Shown in pieces: positions 39,446-50,042 of a stretch of 64,000 bases of DNA; the stretch's first letter is position 1; the number at the start of each line of letters is the position of its first letter. The stretch is from assembly GCA_963772725.1 (NCBI GenBank), contig CAVYYI010000003.1, forward strand, positions 736,001 through 800,000. Direction: 5' to 3'. A program made the translations under genes and the position numbers. The notes under the pieces were generated by a model. It was not told the DNA's origin, made no database searches, and worked only from the letters and a program-made list of their open reading frames with translations. The DNA is from an uncultured Phycisphaerales bacterium. GTDB taxonomy: Bacteria > Planctomycetota > Phycisphaerae > Sedimentisphaerales > Anaerobacaceae.

Positions 39446-40350
39446 TTGCCGCTTAGTGTATCATAAATTATCTTGGCGTTGTACTGAATTGTTTCGATAT
39501 AGCTTTGTGTCTGGGGTGAATCGCCGCCGATGGGGTCAAGCTGCTCGAGTTTTACGCCCATATCCTTTGCGATTTGCCTGATAGCCTCCGGTGAAAGCTG
39601 CGGCTCGGAGAATATGACCTTTACATTTTCCTCTTTGACGGCCTTTGTAAACTCAGCAAGAAATTGCGGCGTCGGTTCTTTCCCTGGAAACGGCTCAAAC
39701 GCCGCCACCACTTTTAATCCATAAGTGTTGGCGAAATAGAACCACGCCTCGTGAAAAGTCGCGAAGCTTCTTTTGTCGGCCGGCAGGGTCGCGAGCACCT
39801 TTTTTACTTCATCATCCGCATCTTTAAGCTTTTGAAGATATGCCGCGAGATTTTTTGTGAACAACTCCTTATTTGCTGGCGCCAATTCACAAAGGTTTTC
39901 AGCTATGTTCTTCGCCATTATCTCGCCATTTTCCAGTGACAGCCAGTAATGCGGGTCAACCGTTCCATCAGGGAGTTTTCGTAACGCCACGCCTTTTGAG
40001 ACTTCTATGATTTTGGGTTTTGTTTCCATCGCGCCCATAATACCCTCAGCCCAGTCATCAAGGGTCGCCCCGATTTTGAAAAGAGCCTTGATGCCTATAG
40101 TCGCCTTGACAGTTTCCGGGCTGACCTCGAACGTGTGCGGACTTGCACCGGGGGGCAGGATAGTAACAACGGTTACTTTGTCCCCGCCGATATTTGAAAT
40201 TATGTCTTTCAGCGGGAATATAGTGGCCGCCACTTTCAGCGGCTCGTTCGGCTCAGGACGCGAATCAGTCTTTTTGCATCCCGTCAGTAGCATTAGACAC
40301 AACAGGCCTGTCAGCAATATGTATCTTTTCATTGTAATCTCCAAAAACAA
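39442..40350 (-). CDS. znuA: Zn/Mn ABC substrate-binding lipoprotein
   Basis: LTGC lipobox, SPHTFE, DPHYWL, FHEAW, LDP. Confidence 0.88.
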   Translation of the reverse strand: MFLEITMKRYILLTGLLCLMLLTGCKKTDSRPEPNEPLKVAATIFPLKDIISNIGGDKVTVVTILPPGASPHTFEVSPETVKATIGIKALFKIGATLDDWAEGIMGAMETKPKIIEVSKGVALRKLPDGTVDPHYWLSLENGEIMAKNIAENLCELAPANKELFTKNLAAYLQKLKDADDEVKKVLATLPADKRSFATFHEAWFYFANTYGLKVVAAFEPFPGKEPTPQFLAEFTKAVKEENVKVIFSEPQLSPEAIRQIAKDMGVKLEQLDPIGGDSPQTQSYIETIQYNAKIIYDTLSGK

Positions 40351-40592
40351 AGCTAATTTCCCTTATATCGCCCGCCCACAAAATATGATTTTACAGAATA
40401 TTATGCAACATCAAAAAATATTTTTCTCTAACGGCCTATAATAATCGAAATAATCTCGCTAAATCCGACAACACTAAAATATTTTAAAAAAACCAGAAAT
40501 TTTACCTATATACCCTAAACTTCCCAGATTAACATATCCGATGAAATTAATAACTGATGGAACGATAAAGTTTAAGAAATGGAGATTGAACT

Positions 40593-40907
40593 ATGGATAC
40601 ATTAGTAGAACAAAGAAGCGATACACGAACGAAACTTTCATGGCCGGTAAGCGTCTGGTTTCCTGAAATGAACAGATTCTTCAATGGCCGGAGCTGCAAT
40701 ATCAGCAAGAGCGGCGTCCTGCTCAATGTCCCGATGACTATGCCTGTGCGCCAGGGCAGCATTGTGGAAATAAACTTCCCGCGCACCGAAGCATTGGCTA
40801 AGGAAAAGGGACAGTTTGCCCGCATCAAGTTCGGCAAAGTTGTCAGGGTTGATAACAAAAACGCAATGAAAGACGCCAGCGTGAGTGTTGCGGTTCATTT
40901 TGAATAG
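40593..40907 (+). CDS. PilZ domain protein
   Basis: EQRSDTR (RxxxR) and NISKSG. Confidence 0.85.
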   Translation: MDTLVEQRSDTRTKLSWPVSVWFPEMNRFFNGRSCNISKSGVLLNVPMTMPVRQGSIVEINFPRTEALAKEKGQFARIKFGKVVRVDNKNAMKDASVSVAVHFE

Positions 40908-41080
40908 CCCAAAACCTTCCTTCTTCATAAATTTCATAGACGCAGTGACTGACGGTTTTAACCAGCCGTCAGTCATTTTTTTTGCCCCCCTGCCGCTGCT
41001 AAAAACAGGAATTTTGCTTTGAGGCGGACGAAATATGTTTTATAGTAATCGCAAAGTAATAATTTTCAGGTTAGGACAAA

Positions 41081-41572
41081 ATGAGAATCGGAATAATAAG
41101 CGACAGTCACGACAGCCACGCTAACGTTCTAAAGGCTGTAAAAGTTTTCAACGAACAAAAGGTTGATTACGTCCTGCACGCAGGCGATATAATTTCGCCG
41201 TTTACGGTGCAGGCCTTTTCGCAAGTCAAAGGTGTCAAATTTATCGCGGTGTACGGCAATAATGACGGGGAAAAGCTTGCCCTGAAAAACGCTGTTACCT
41301 CTTTCGGCGGAGAGATTTACGAATACTGCTACAAAGGTCAAATCGGCGGCAAGCGGATTATTATGATGCACGTACCATCAATGCTGGATGAGATTATCGC
41401 CAGCGGAAAATATGACATAGTCATATACGGCCATACGCATAAACAAGACATTCGCCAGGTCGGAAATACGCTTGTTATTAACCCCGGAGAATCAACAGAC
41501 TGGATTACCGGCTCTTCCGATGTCATCATCCTCGAAACGGACAATCTCAATTACGACATTATTGCACTATGA
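41081..41572 (+). CDS. YfcE/MJ0936-family metallophosphoesterase
   Basis: SDSH, HAGD, GNND, GHTH, NPG. Confidence 0.92.
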   Translation: MRIGIISDSHDSHANVLKAVKVFNEQKVDYVLHAGDIISPFTVQAFSQVKGVKFIAVYGNNDGEKLALKNAVTSFGGEIYEYCYKGQIGGKRIIMMHVPSMLDEIIASGKYDIVIYGHTHKQDIRQVGNTLVINPGESTDWITGSSDVIILETDNLNYDIIAL

Positions 41573-41829
41573 AAGTTCGTCGCTCGGAGGCTGTTTTTTG
41601 TTGCTGGGGACGGATTTCGGAATAAGGAAATAAATTCGCCAATTTGCGGAATAAACGCTACAATCGTTACAGCTTACCTAAATTACGCCCAAAATATGAG
41701 TGTTTTTCCGCACTTTTTACCACTTTTAGAGCAAATTAGAGCAGAAATTACCATGTTTTGACCGAAAATTGACAAAAATTAATTTAACAACTTTATATAA
41801 CACAAGTCAAGAAAGTTAAAATGGGAAAG

Positions 41830-43364
41830 GTAATGGGTCAGTTATGGGTGGGAGATATTGATTTTGCTGTAAGTATTAAGGTGTCAAGTTTATGGCGTAG
41901 GATTTCCGATAAAATCCACAGTTTGATGAGATAAGACAAACAAATCGGGAATAAACGCAGATGATTTACTGTCAGCAATGCCTTGAAAAACAACGTAAAA
42001 TCGATGAGCTTCAGGAACAGATAGTTTCACTCAAGGCAAAATTACGACACAAGGAAAGGACAGCCCAAGAAGGTTTTTTCGGCTCATCCACGCCATCCGC
42101 TAAAATTCCCATTAAGCCGAATTGTCAGATAGAACACACAAATAATTGCGGCGGAGGCAAAACAGGTCATAAAGGTCACGGCAGAACCGGTGTCTGTGAA
42201 AAAGATGCGGACTATGTGCAAAGGGTTGAGGCAGCCGATATATGCCCTGATTGCGGAAGCGTTTTGGAGAACAAAGGCACAAGACAACGAGCGGTAATTG
42301 ATTGCCAGCCTGTTAAGATAAAAAAGCTTCTGTATAATTTGGAACGCAAGTATTGTCCGCGATGCCAAAAGGTAGTTGCCGCCAAACCTCCTGGTGTTCT
42401 GCCAAAGTGTTTATATTCGAATAATCTGCTTGTCTATGTGGCAGTACAGCACTATATCTATGGCAATACACTGGGTCAGATAGAAAAACAAACAGGCATC
42501 GGCTACAGCAGTATAGTTGACGCTTTGCACCAGTTGGCAGGGATATTGAAAGATGTTCCCAAATCACTCATAGAAGACTATCGCAAGGCCGCTGTTAAGC
42601 ACGCTGATGAGACTGGTTGGCGGACAGACGGCCAGAACGGTTTCTCGTGGCTGTTTTGCACGCCTGATATTAGTATCTTTCGATTCCGCTCCAGCCGTTC
42701 TGCCCGTGTAGCCAAAGAGGTTTTTGGCGAAAAGCCCTTGCCGGGTGTTCTGGTTGTGGATCGCTATAACGGCTACAATAGGATGCCTTGTAAGATTCAA
42801 TATTGTTATGCACATCTATTGCGTAATGTTAAGGATTTGGAAAAAGATTTTCCCGAAAACGTGGAAATCAGGTCTTTCGTTGAAGCGTTGGTCTCCCAGT
42901 TGGCTAATGCAATCAGCCTTCGCACATTAGATATAACAGACCGACAGTTTAAGCGGCAGGCAGCTAAAATTAAGAGAGCCATCATCGATATTGTTAATCA
43001 CCATGCCAACCATCCGGCCATCCAGAATATGCAGGATATTTTTCGTGAAAAGGCCGATAGGCTTTACCACTGGGCCGATGACCGTAAGGTACCGGCAGAT
43101 AACAATTTGGCTGAACGAGAACTGCGTCCGCTTGTTATTGCCAGAAAGATAAGTTTCGGCTCTCAATCTGAAGATGGGGCAAAAACGCGTGAGATTCTTA
43201 TGACGGTATTACATACTATGCGAAAAAGATGTCCGGATGTTGTTGATGCCTTCAAGTCTGCCCTCGACAAACTTGCCGAACAGCCTGATATAGACCTTTC
43301 CAAAGTTCTCTTCCGTGCCGACTCATCATAACCTGCACCTGCCCACCCATAACTGACCCATTAC
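41830..43364 (+). mobile_element. IS66-family element (single-ORF type)
   Basis: 23-bp IR GTAATGGGTCAGTTATGGGTGGG; 8-bp target duplication TGGGAAAG (41822-41829 and 43365-43372). Confidence 0.95.
41961..43331 (+). CDS. IS66 transposase
   Basis: Coiled coil, CPDC..CPRC zinc finger, HADETGW, VDRY, CYAHLLR, DNNLAERELR. Confidence 0.95.
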   Translation: MIYCQQCLEKQRKIDELQEQIVSLKAKLRHKERTAQEGFFGSSTPSAKIPIKPNCQIEHTNNCGGGKTGHKGHGRTGVCEKDADYVQRVEAADICPDCGSVLENKGTRQRAVIDCQPVKIKKLLYNLERKYCPRCQKVVAAKPPGVLPKCLYSNNLLVYVAVQHYIYGNTLGQIEKQTGIGYSSIVDALHQLAGILKDVPKSLIEDYRKAAVKHADETGWRTDGQNGFSWLFCTPDISIFRFRSSRSARVAKEVFGEKPLPGVLVVDRYNGYNRMPCKIQYCYAHLLRNVKDLEKDFPENVEIRSFVEALVSQLANAISLRTLDITDRQFKRQAAKIKRAIIDIVNHHANHPAIQNMQDIFREKADRLYHWADDRKVPADNNLAERELRPLVIARKISFGSQSEDGAKTREILMTVLHTMRKRCPDVVDAFKSALDKLAEQPDIDLSKVLFRADSS

Positions 43365-43541
43365 TGGGAAAGAGAAAGACTCAAGACACAGGGACAAATT
43401 CGCCGGAGGCAGATAAACCCCGGCGTGGAGCGAATTTATTAAAAAAAATAAAAATATTTCTTGCAATATGTAATAGGATGATTATATTATGTGTAAACTT
43501 AGTATATTGCTAAGTGAGTGATATATGTTATATAAAGGCTG

Positions 43542-43793
43542 ATGAAAAAGATGAAAGAAACAGAGAATAAGCCGAATAACGGGGAAACGCGGGGACATAG
43601 ATTTAAGCGGATAGCCGCCAAGAGGACTAATGATATTATCCGGCGGATACGGATTCTGGGGAACTGCTCGAACAGGAGCGCTTATGATTACACGGAGGAG
43701 GAGGTGACTAAGATTTTCAATGCGATTAATAAAGAGGTTAAATCTGCCAATGCGAGATTTTCATTTGGCCGAAGGACAGAGTTTAAGCTATAA
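43542..43793 (+). CDS. Small basic helical protein, first gene of the island
   Basis: RFKRIAAKRTN..IRILGNCSNRSAYDYTEEEV.KIF; a pattern I associate with RM-linked loci. Confidence 0.75.
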   Translation: MKKMKETENKPNNGETRGHRFKRIAAKRTNDIIRRIRILGNCSNRSAYDYTEEEVTKIFNAINKEVKSANARFSFGRRTEFKL

Positions 43794-43818
43794 TAGATAA
43801 ATATACATTTGCGGAGAA

Positions 43819-45648
43819 TTGATTATGGAAATAGAATTAAAGTTTCCTCCTATTTCCGGAGGACCTCATGATGGCCTAAACGATGGTAATATAGAAACAT
43901 TTGAGGGGGATGTGAATCACTATATTGCAAGAGAATGTCCACAAAACACAATTGACGCCGCAGTTAAAACAGGCAAAACTGTAGAATTATGTTTTGACCT
44001 AAAAAATGTGCCAATAAGTTTTTTCCCTTGCTTAGCAAACCTTACTTTTATTTTTAAAAGTTGTAAAGAATTCTGGACGCAGGACCCTAAGATTCAAAGA
44101 TTTTGCGATAATGCAATAGAATTTTTAAAAAAAGATAAAATCCCCATGCTAAAGATCAGTGATTATGGAACTACAGGATTGACAGGGGATGATTTTAATA
44201 AAACAGGCAGATGGTATGGACTAGTTAGGTCTAAAGGAGTTGCGAATAAGGATGTTGGTGCAGGTGGGTCTTTTGGTATAGGCAAAAGTGCGGCTCTAGC
44301 TGCGTCGGCATTGAGGACAGTTTATTATTTTACAAAGACATCAGACAATATTGCATTTCAAGGAGTTTCAAGATTAGTTACTCACGTTGATGATGATAAT
44401 AATGAAACTCAAGCAAATGGATATATTGGTTTTTATGATGGTGCAAAATACCATTCCGTTAGGGACGGCGACATTTCACTAATACCTAATCAATTTTTAA
44501 GAGATAAGGTAGGTACCGATATATATATTCCTGCTTATAGAGGCTCAGATAACTGGGAAAGTGATTTAATAGTTTCTGTTTTGAATGATTTTTGGTGTGC
44601 CATAGAAAATGGGATTATCAAATTCAGAATTGGAGACGAAATAATTGATAAATCGACTATCAAGCATTATATCAAGGAATATACCGGAATCAGCTTCTTA
44701 GATTCTGAGAGATTTTATAAAGCTTATAAAGGAGAGGCAAAGTATGAAAAGGAAATACCACCTATAGGAAAAGTAAAGTTGTTTCTCAAAGAAGAAGATG
44801 ATGAGAAAACAAAAGAAGTCGTTGTAATGCGCAAAAACTTAATGTTAATAGATAAGTGGAATTTTAATTTCAGAAAATCATTCAGCGGAGTTTTTATTTG
44901 TGACAATGAGGAGGGCAACAAACTTTTAAGAATGATGGAACCACCCAGACATGACGAATGGGATCCGACAAGACTTGATGAAAAAATAATCGGGAAAAAA
45001 GTTGGCAATAAAATTATTAAGAGCATTAAAGATTGGATAAGAGAATGTGCGCAAGACCTAATGCCATTACTTGAATCAGAGAGTTTTGAATTATCTGATA
45101 CAGCAAAATATCTGCCTGATATTTTGGATGACGATAATGATGAGCAATTTAATGGGGAGGGAAAAGATATACCTCGGGAAAATTTTGCCGCTATTCCCGT
45201 CAAACCTGAAATAAAATCCATGCCTGTTTTCGAGCCCCCAAATATTGTAGATAGGGGGATAGATGACGATAATGTAATTCTTAGGCATAAGGGAGGACAA
45301 GGCGGAGGAGGCGGAGGTGATGGTGGTGGCGGACAACCGAAAGGTGGGCATACAAAGGTGGGGTTAAAGACAAGATGTATTTATAATCACTCTGACAATA
45401 GTTATACGGTGATTTTAAGGTCTAAAGAGAATTTTAAAGGTAAAATTGCATTGCTATCTGTCGGAGAAGATAATGAAACCGAAGCTGTATATATTCAAAA
45501 AGCTTTTGAAGATTCCACGGAAATTCCATTATCCGATGGCAACAAATCATTACAAGTGGCAGTGACAGCAGAAGAAGTGAAGCGTTTAAAAGTTTTTATG
45601 ACACAAAATGAAATATTATCTTTAAGGTGTGCGGCTTATGGAAATTAA
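43819..45648 (+). CDS. GHKL (MORC/MutL-like) ATPase domain protein
   Basis: Bergerat motifs RECPQNTIDA, ISDYGTTG, GGSFGIGK, VGT; EPPRHDEW; Gly-rich linker before a C-terminal beta domain. Confidence 0.8.
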   Translation: MIMEIELKFPPISGGPHDGLNDGNIETFEGDVNHYIARECPQNTIDAAVKTGKTVELCFDLKNVPISFFPCLANLTFIFKSCKEFWTQDPKIQRFCDNAIEFLKKDKIPMLKISDYGTTGLTGDDFNKTGRWYGLVRSKGVANKDVGAGGSFGIGKSAALAASALRTVYYFTKTSDNIAFQGVSRLVTHVDDDNNETQANGYIGFYDGAKYHSVRDGDISLIPNQFLRDKVGTDIYIPAYRGSDNWESDLIVSVLNDFWCAIENGIIKFRIGDEIIDKSTIKHYIKEYTGISFLDSERFYKAYKGEAKYEKEIPPIGKVKLFLKEEDDEKTKEVVVMRKNLMLIDKWNFNFRKSFSGVFICDNEEGNKLLRMMEPPRHDEWDPTRLDEKIIGKKVGNKIIKSIKDWIRECAQDLMPLLESESFELSDTAKYLPDILDDDNDEQFNGEGKDIPRENFAAIPVKPEIKSMPVFEPPNIVDRGIDDDNVILRHKGGQGGGGGGDGGGGQPKGGHTKVGLKTRCIYNHSDNSYTVILRSKENFKGKIALLSVGEDNETEAVYIQKAFEDSTEIPLSDGNKSLQVAVTAEEVKRLKVFMTQNEILSLRCAAYGN

Positions 45649-46501
45649 ATCAAGAAATTTTCCTCATCCAATAATGGCGCCATGGTCAGACGATGTGCAA
45701 CCATATAATTTAAGTTGCCAACTCAGTTCTGACTATAATAAAGAGAATTATTACTTTAATTATGACATAATATCTGATAATAAATATATTCTCAATCTTC
45801 TCAAAGATGGACATGCGAGGTTTGTTATTCATGTCGAATGTGGACGCACTTTTTATCGACGTATCATAAATGTTATTTGGCCAAATGCCCAAAATAAGGT
45901 AAGCGGTAAAATTGACATTTCTGCAACAGAGCTTGTCGGACATACAGAAGTTTCATTTTTTATTTGTGCCGATAGAGATATTTCAAATTACTTACCGGCA
46001 GGGGTACATACGGATTACGAAAATCAAGCCTTCCAATTAAAAAATGGTGATTTTATTGTAATTTGCGGCACCTTTAAATGCAACTGTAGGCAGGATTATG
46101 ATACATTACAAAAAATATCATCGATTGTTAGCTTTGTAAAAGACACTGAACGAAAAGAAGGACCAATGACAGTCGAATTCTTTAAGAATAAACTGATCGG
46201 GAAATTGCCTTCAAAACTTCATAAACAATATCTAAGCATGAAAGACAGGAAAGGCAACGCAAATATTTTGTCGGCATCGTTAGTGGTACCTGTTTTAATG
46301 GAAGGTTTAGCTTGTATTAAAAAAGAGGATGCTGAAAATGATTACGGGGATTATAGATGGTTTCGGGTTATTGTTAAAAAACTTAGAGATATTAAGTATG
46401 ATATAAAAAATGGCAACACATTGGAAGCTGCTCAACTTATATTAGAAATGCCATATGACAGAGTTGCTAAAGAATTAGAAAATATAGTATCATCTGATTA
46501 A
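45638..46501 (+). CDS. Conserved-looking hypothetical protein (FPHP N-terminus)
   Basis: About 287 aa; overlaps the GHKL stop; motifs FPHP, HVEC.RTFYR, RWFRV. Confidence 0.75.
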   Translation: MEIKSRNFPHPIMAPWSDDVQPYNLSCQLSSDYNKENYYFNYDIISDNKYILNLLKDGHARFVIHVECGRTFYRRIINVIWPNAQNKVSGKIDISATELVGHTEVSFFICADRDISNYLPAGVHTDYENQAFQLKNGDFIVICGTFKCNCRQDYDTLQKISSIVSFVKDTERKEGPMTVEFFKNKLIGKLPSKLHKQYLSMKDRKGNANILSASLVVPVLMEGLACIKKEDAENDYGDYRWFRVIVKKLRDIKYDIKNGNTLEAAQLILEMPYDRVAKELENIVSSD

Positions 46502-46515
46502 TAGAGGCAGATATT

Positions 46516-47220
46516 ATGAAAATACAATTTATTAAAGAAAAATATTTAAATCAACTTAGAAATTTAGCTAAAGAAAAGGAACGATGGTTAGAACGATGTG
46601 ATATCTCAAATCCATGGTTAACTAATTATTTTGGTCATGAAAATTGGTATGGCGATACTAACATTGAAATCCAGCAGAGTTTGGAACTTATAAACGGTGG
46701 GTCTGAAAGCGACCGAGAAAATTCAATTAAGGTATACGAATTCTTCAAAGATAAATTAACGCCTGTTCAAGCCTGCGATCAAAGGCTATGGGTTTTTTTA
46801 TGCCATGAAACCTGCTGGAATTATATGGTTGCGAGGTGGAAACCAGAAGTCGAAAGGGACATTAGCAGCCGTTATTTTTTAGATGGGAATGATAGCAGGG
46901 CATTGAGCCGAAATGGAATTGCAAGATTATGGTGGTTTGCACACTTAACTTATGACAAATCTAGAAAAGATCCATACGAACTTCTTGATGTGTTATTAAG
47001 TGATCAAAATGTTCAACATAATTTATTAGAACGTAATTTTGGAAGGAACAGATTAATTTTGCATACTATACTAGAATTTATAAAAACAAATTCTAAGGTT
47101 AGCAAAAAAGAGGATTATGAACAACTTGGTAAAATAATCAACAGATGGGGTGGAGTAAAATTGTTAGATTGTCTTACAAAAAATGAAATTATTGATTATC
47201 TTAATCAACGGTATAACTGA
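46516..47220 (+). CDS. DUF6339-like protein
   Basis: LTPVQACDQRLWVFLCH..YMVARW and RNGIARLWW motifs. Confidence 0.7.
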   Translation: MKIQFIKEKYLNQLRNLAKEKERWLERCDISNPWLTNYFGHENWYGDTNIEIQQSLELINGGSESDRENSIKVYEFFKDKLTPVQACDQRLWVFLCHETCWNYMVARWKPEVERDISSRYFLDGNDSRALSRNGIARLWWFAHLTYDKSRKDPYELLDVLLSDQNVQHNLLERNFGRNRLILHTILEFIKTNSKVSKKEDYEQLGKIINRWGGVKLLDCLTKNEIIDYLNQRYN

Positions 47221-47228
47221 TTGCCAAA

Positions 47229-47657
47229 ATGGTGGATCACTTAACAAAAAATGCTCGAAGCTGGAATATGTCACGTATTAGGAGCAAAGATACAAAACCA
47301 GAGAAAATTGTTCGCTCAATGCTTCACAGGATAGGCTACAGATTCCGTCTCCACCGAAAAGATTTACCCGGAAAACCTGATATTGTACTTCCAAAATACA
47401 AGACTGTTATTTTCATTCACGGATGTTTTTGGCACAGACACAAAGGCTGTAAACGATGCACGACACCTTCAACAAATCAAAAATACTGGATTCCAAAATT
47501 GGAACACAATGTTGTTAAAGATAAGACGAACCAAAAAGTAATAAAGAAGAGCGGCTGGAAGCCTATAATTATTTGGGAATGCGAAACTAAAGATTTAGTT
47601 AAGTTATCCAAAAAGATAAATAAAGCACTTAAAACTAATCCCCAACGGGGTAGTTAG
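47229..47657 (+). CDS. vsr: Very-short-patch repair endonuclease
   Basis: RSWNMSRIRSKDTKPE, LPGKPD, FIHGCFWH, IWEC. Confidence 0.95.
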   Translation: MVDHLTKNARSWNMSRIRSKDTKPEKIVRSMLHRIGYRFRLHRKDLPGKPDIVLPKYKTVIFIHGCFWHRHKGCKRCTTPSTNQKYWIPKLEHNVVKDKTNQKVIKKSGWKPIIIWECETKDLVKLSKKINKALKTNPQRGS

Positions 47658-48832
47658 ATTCAACAAATTCATATTCAATCTTCGCAAAGGTTTTAAGAAT
47701 CGAACTGAAAATAACCTCTGCACCTTCAGGAGGAACGGCCATTCCTATTTGTTTGCGGACTTCTTCTTTAGAGCCGATAAACTCGAAATCGTCAGGAAAA
47801 CTCTGAAGTTTAGCCCTTTCGCGATTTGTCAGAGCGCGATGTTCTTCCCAATGATATACATGTGTTCCGCCGCCTCCGCTGCCAGTTATCGTATAGGAGG
47901 GTTTATCTGGATGCAGACGGCGATAGATATGGCTCATTCTTGCTTTTGTACATCGCAGGCGGGCTTCATCAATCATACTGCATATTTTATAATCAGAGAG
48001 GTCAGCCAAATCTTTTTTATACCATGGTACTTTTTGAAGTATATCAAATCGTTCTTTTGGTTTCATTTCCAATAATTTATCTAAGAACCAGGCGTTTTCC
48101 CATTGGGGTGTAAATTTTAATCGCTGTACAATTCTCGGGGATTGTCTTGTTAATTCCTGATTAGATGCATCTTTTGTTATTTTACCAAGAGCCTTCTTGG
48201 CTGTCTCAAAAGGCTTTTTACCATAGCCGTGGGTTGTGGCCGGAACTTTGAAAAAAAGATTTTTATCTTTTTTTATTCCGACGATAATAAATCTGTGTCT
48301 ATATTGCGGTACACCGTATTCTTCAAATTTATATAAATGAGCAGTCAAATTATATCCATGTTTTCCAGCGATTTTAAAATCTCCTATGATTTTTTGAAAA
48401 GCTTCACCTTGATTTGCAGAATGAATGCCGCTGACGTTTTCAGCGATAAACCAAAATGGATCGGAATATTTGATTACCTCTATACCGGCTTTGTATAACG
48501 TGCCATATTGGCCGTTGACGCCATGCTGTTTGCCAACAAGGCTGAAATCATTGCAGGGAAAACCAAATGCTAAAGCAGTAATTTGTTTCTGATATGAAAT
48601 TTGGCTTTTGGAAAATTCCGTGGCATCTAAGCAAATGCCAACACCGCCATATTTATATTTTTTTATGATATTATGTTCGTATGATTGTATTGCTGTGGAG
48701 TCTTTATCAACGCCCCAGACATGGGAGATAGAAAATTTTTCCCCGTTTTTGGAATAAACGGGTTTGGCCAAACCTGCGCACTAACGCGAGGCCTCCTGGG
48801 CCGCAAAACAATTCGCCTAACCTAAAATCCAT
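47635..48832 (-). CDS. dcm: DNA (cytosine-5) methyltransferase, frameshifted near 48780
   Basis: MDFRLGELFCGPGG (motif I, upstream frame), GFPC, AENV, PQYRHR, RERAKLQSFP, QIGMAVP. Confidence 0.92.
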
Positions 48833-48967
48833 AGTTACAGCAATTCCGAAAACTCAATTCTTGTTTTGGTCAAATTAAAGGACAGTATAATAATAAGTTC
48901 AAAGAATTTGAACAGGAATATTTTAATTGGGGGGTGCTATATGCGGAAAATAGGGGAAAAAAACAGT

Positions 48968-49735
48968 TTAGCCGTTGTTCATCCGGTAATATTCATCGAC
49001 TACGCCGACAAGGCGTGAAAGGACGAGTCTGCCCTCCGGGCTTGCCTCGAGGCCGACCATCTGAAGACCCAGCGATAAGCTTTTGCCGTCCGCGGTTGAA
49101 ACCACATTTCTAATCTGCGCGTTAAACGTCAGCGGTGTTTCGTTCGGCAGCGGAGTAAAGCGCAACCCGAGAAACTGGCCTTTCTCCAGGTCAGGCCCTT
49201 GTGCGGCGTCTATGACGATTTGAACGCCGCCTGTGGAAATATCGACAAGCTGTCCGTGCCATTCCTGCCTAATACCCGATTGATGACTATCGGAGGGATT
49301 CTGCCTGAGCCAGAAATAAACATCTGTCCCGACAGAGCTGGGGACATTCACGCGTAAATATGTCCTGCGCGGAATCACTTCAATGTGTTCAGGAACGGCG
49401 AGAACCAGCGAAGAGCAGCCAATCCTGGGGGGCGACGTTTCCACCGCGACAACACTGGTATCGAAAATGAACCTGTCATAGCCGGCGCCATAGCCGTACT
49501 TCAGCGAAATGCCGACGGATTGACCGGGGGCGATAGTTACCGGCTGGTTCTTTTTCTGGGGTGAAATTTTAATTTCGAAGCAGTCGCTGGCGAGGTCAAC
49601 AATCAGAATCCTGGCGCATTGCCACTGGCCGTCGGATTGATACGACATAATCGCGGGCAGCTTTCTGTCAGCGGCGCTCTGCAGAATTTTCGCCGGTTTT
49701 ACAGCGTGTAGCATTACTAACTCATTCACAGCCAA
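48968..49735 (-). CDS. YcgR-like flagellar brake / PilZ domain protein
   Basis: RRTYLR and DISTGG after an N-terminal PilZN-like domain. Confidence 0.82.
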   Translation of the reverse strand: MAVNELVMLHAVKPAKILQSAADRKLPAIMSYQSDGQWQCARILIVDLASDCFEIKISPQKKNQPVTIAPGQSVGISLKYGYGAGYDRFIFDTSVVAVETSPPRIGCSSLVLAVPEHIEVIPRRTYLRVNVPSSVGTDVYFWLRQNPSDSHQSGIRQEWHGQLVDISTGGVQIVIDAAQGPDLEKGQFLGLRFTPLPNETPLTFNAQIRNVVSTADGKSLSLGLQMVGLEASPEGRLVLSRLVGVVDEYYRMNNG

Positions 49736-49809
49736 ACTCCTGGTAAATCAGCCGTTTTTAAAACCTATCTTATTTTCCCGGCTGTAGTTGCAGCAACAGC
49801 CATATCGTT

Positions 49810-49836
49810 ATATCGGCCGTTAACAAACTTACTTTA
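49810..49836 (-). promoter_or_regulatory. Sigma-28 (FliA)-type promoter
   Basis: TAAA-N15-GCCGATAT upstream of the YcgR-like gene. Confidence 0.7.
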
Positions 49837-50042
49837 CAATACAAATTTACAGCGTTTGCCCCTTTTTTTCGTCGAATTCAGCACGGCATGGATTATTAAA
49901 CTGATATACGATTTTTTTTGGGACGTTTACAGGATTTTTAAATTTACTAACATTTATCAATCCCATCTTTCTTTTATTGAACGATTATTCTTGATTGTCA
50001 CGTGTCAAAACCTATAATAATCTTGTTTTAGGGAGATATATA

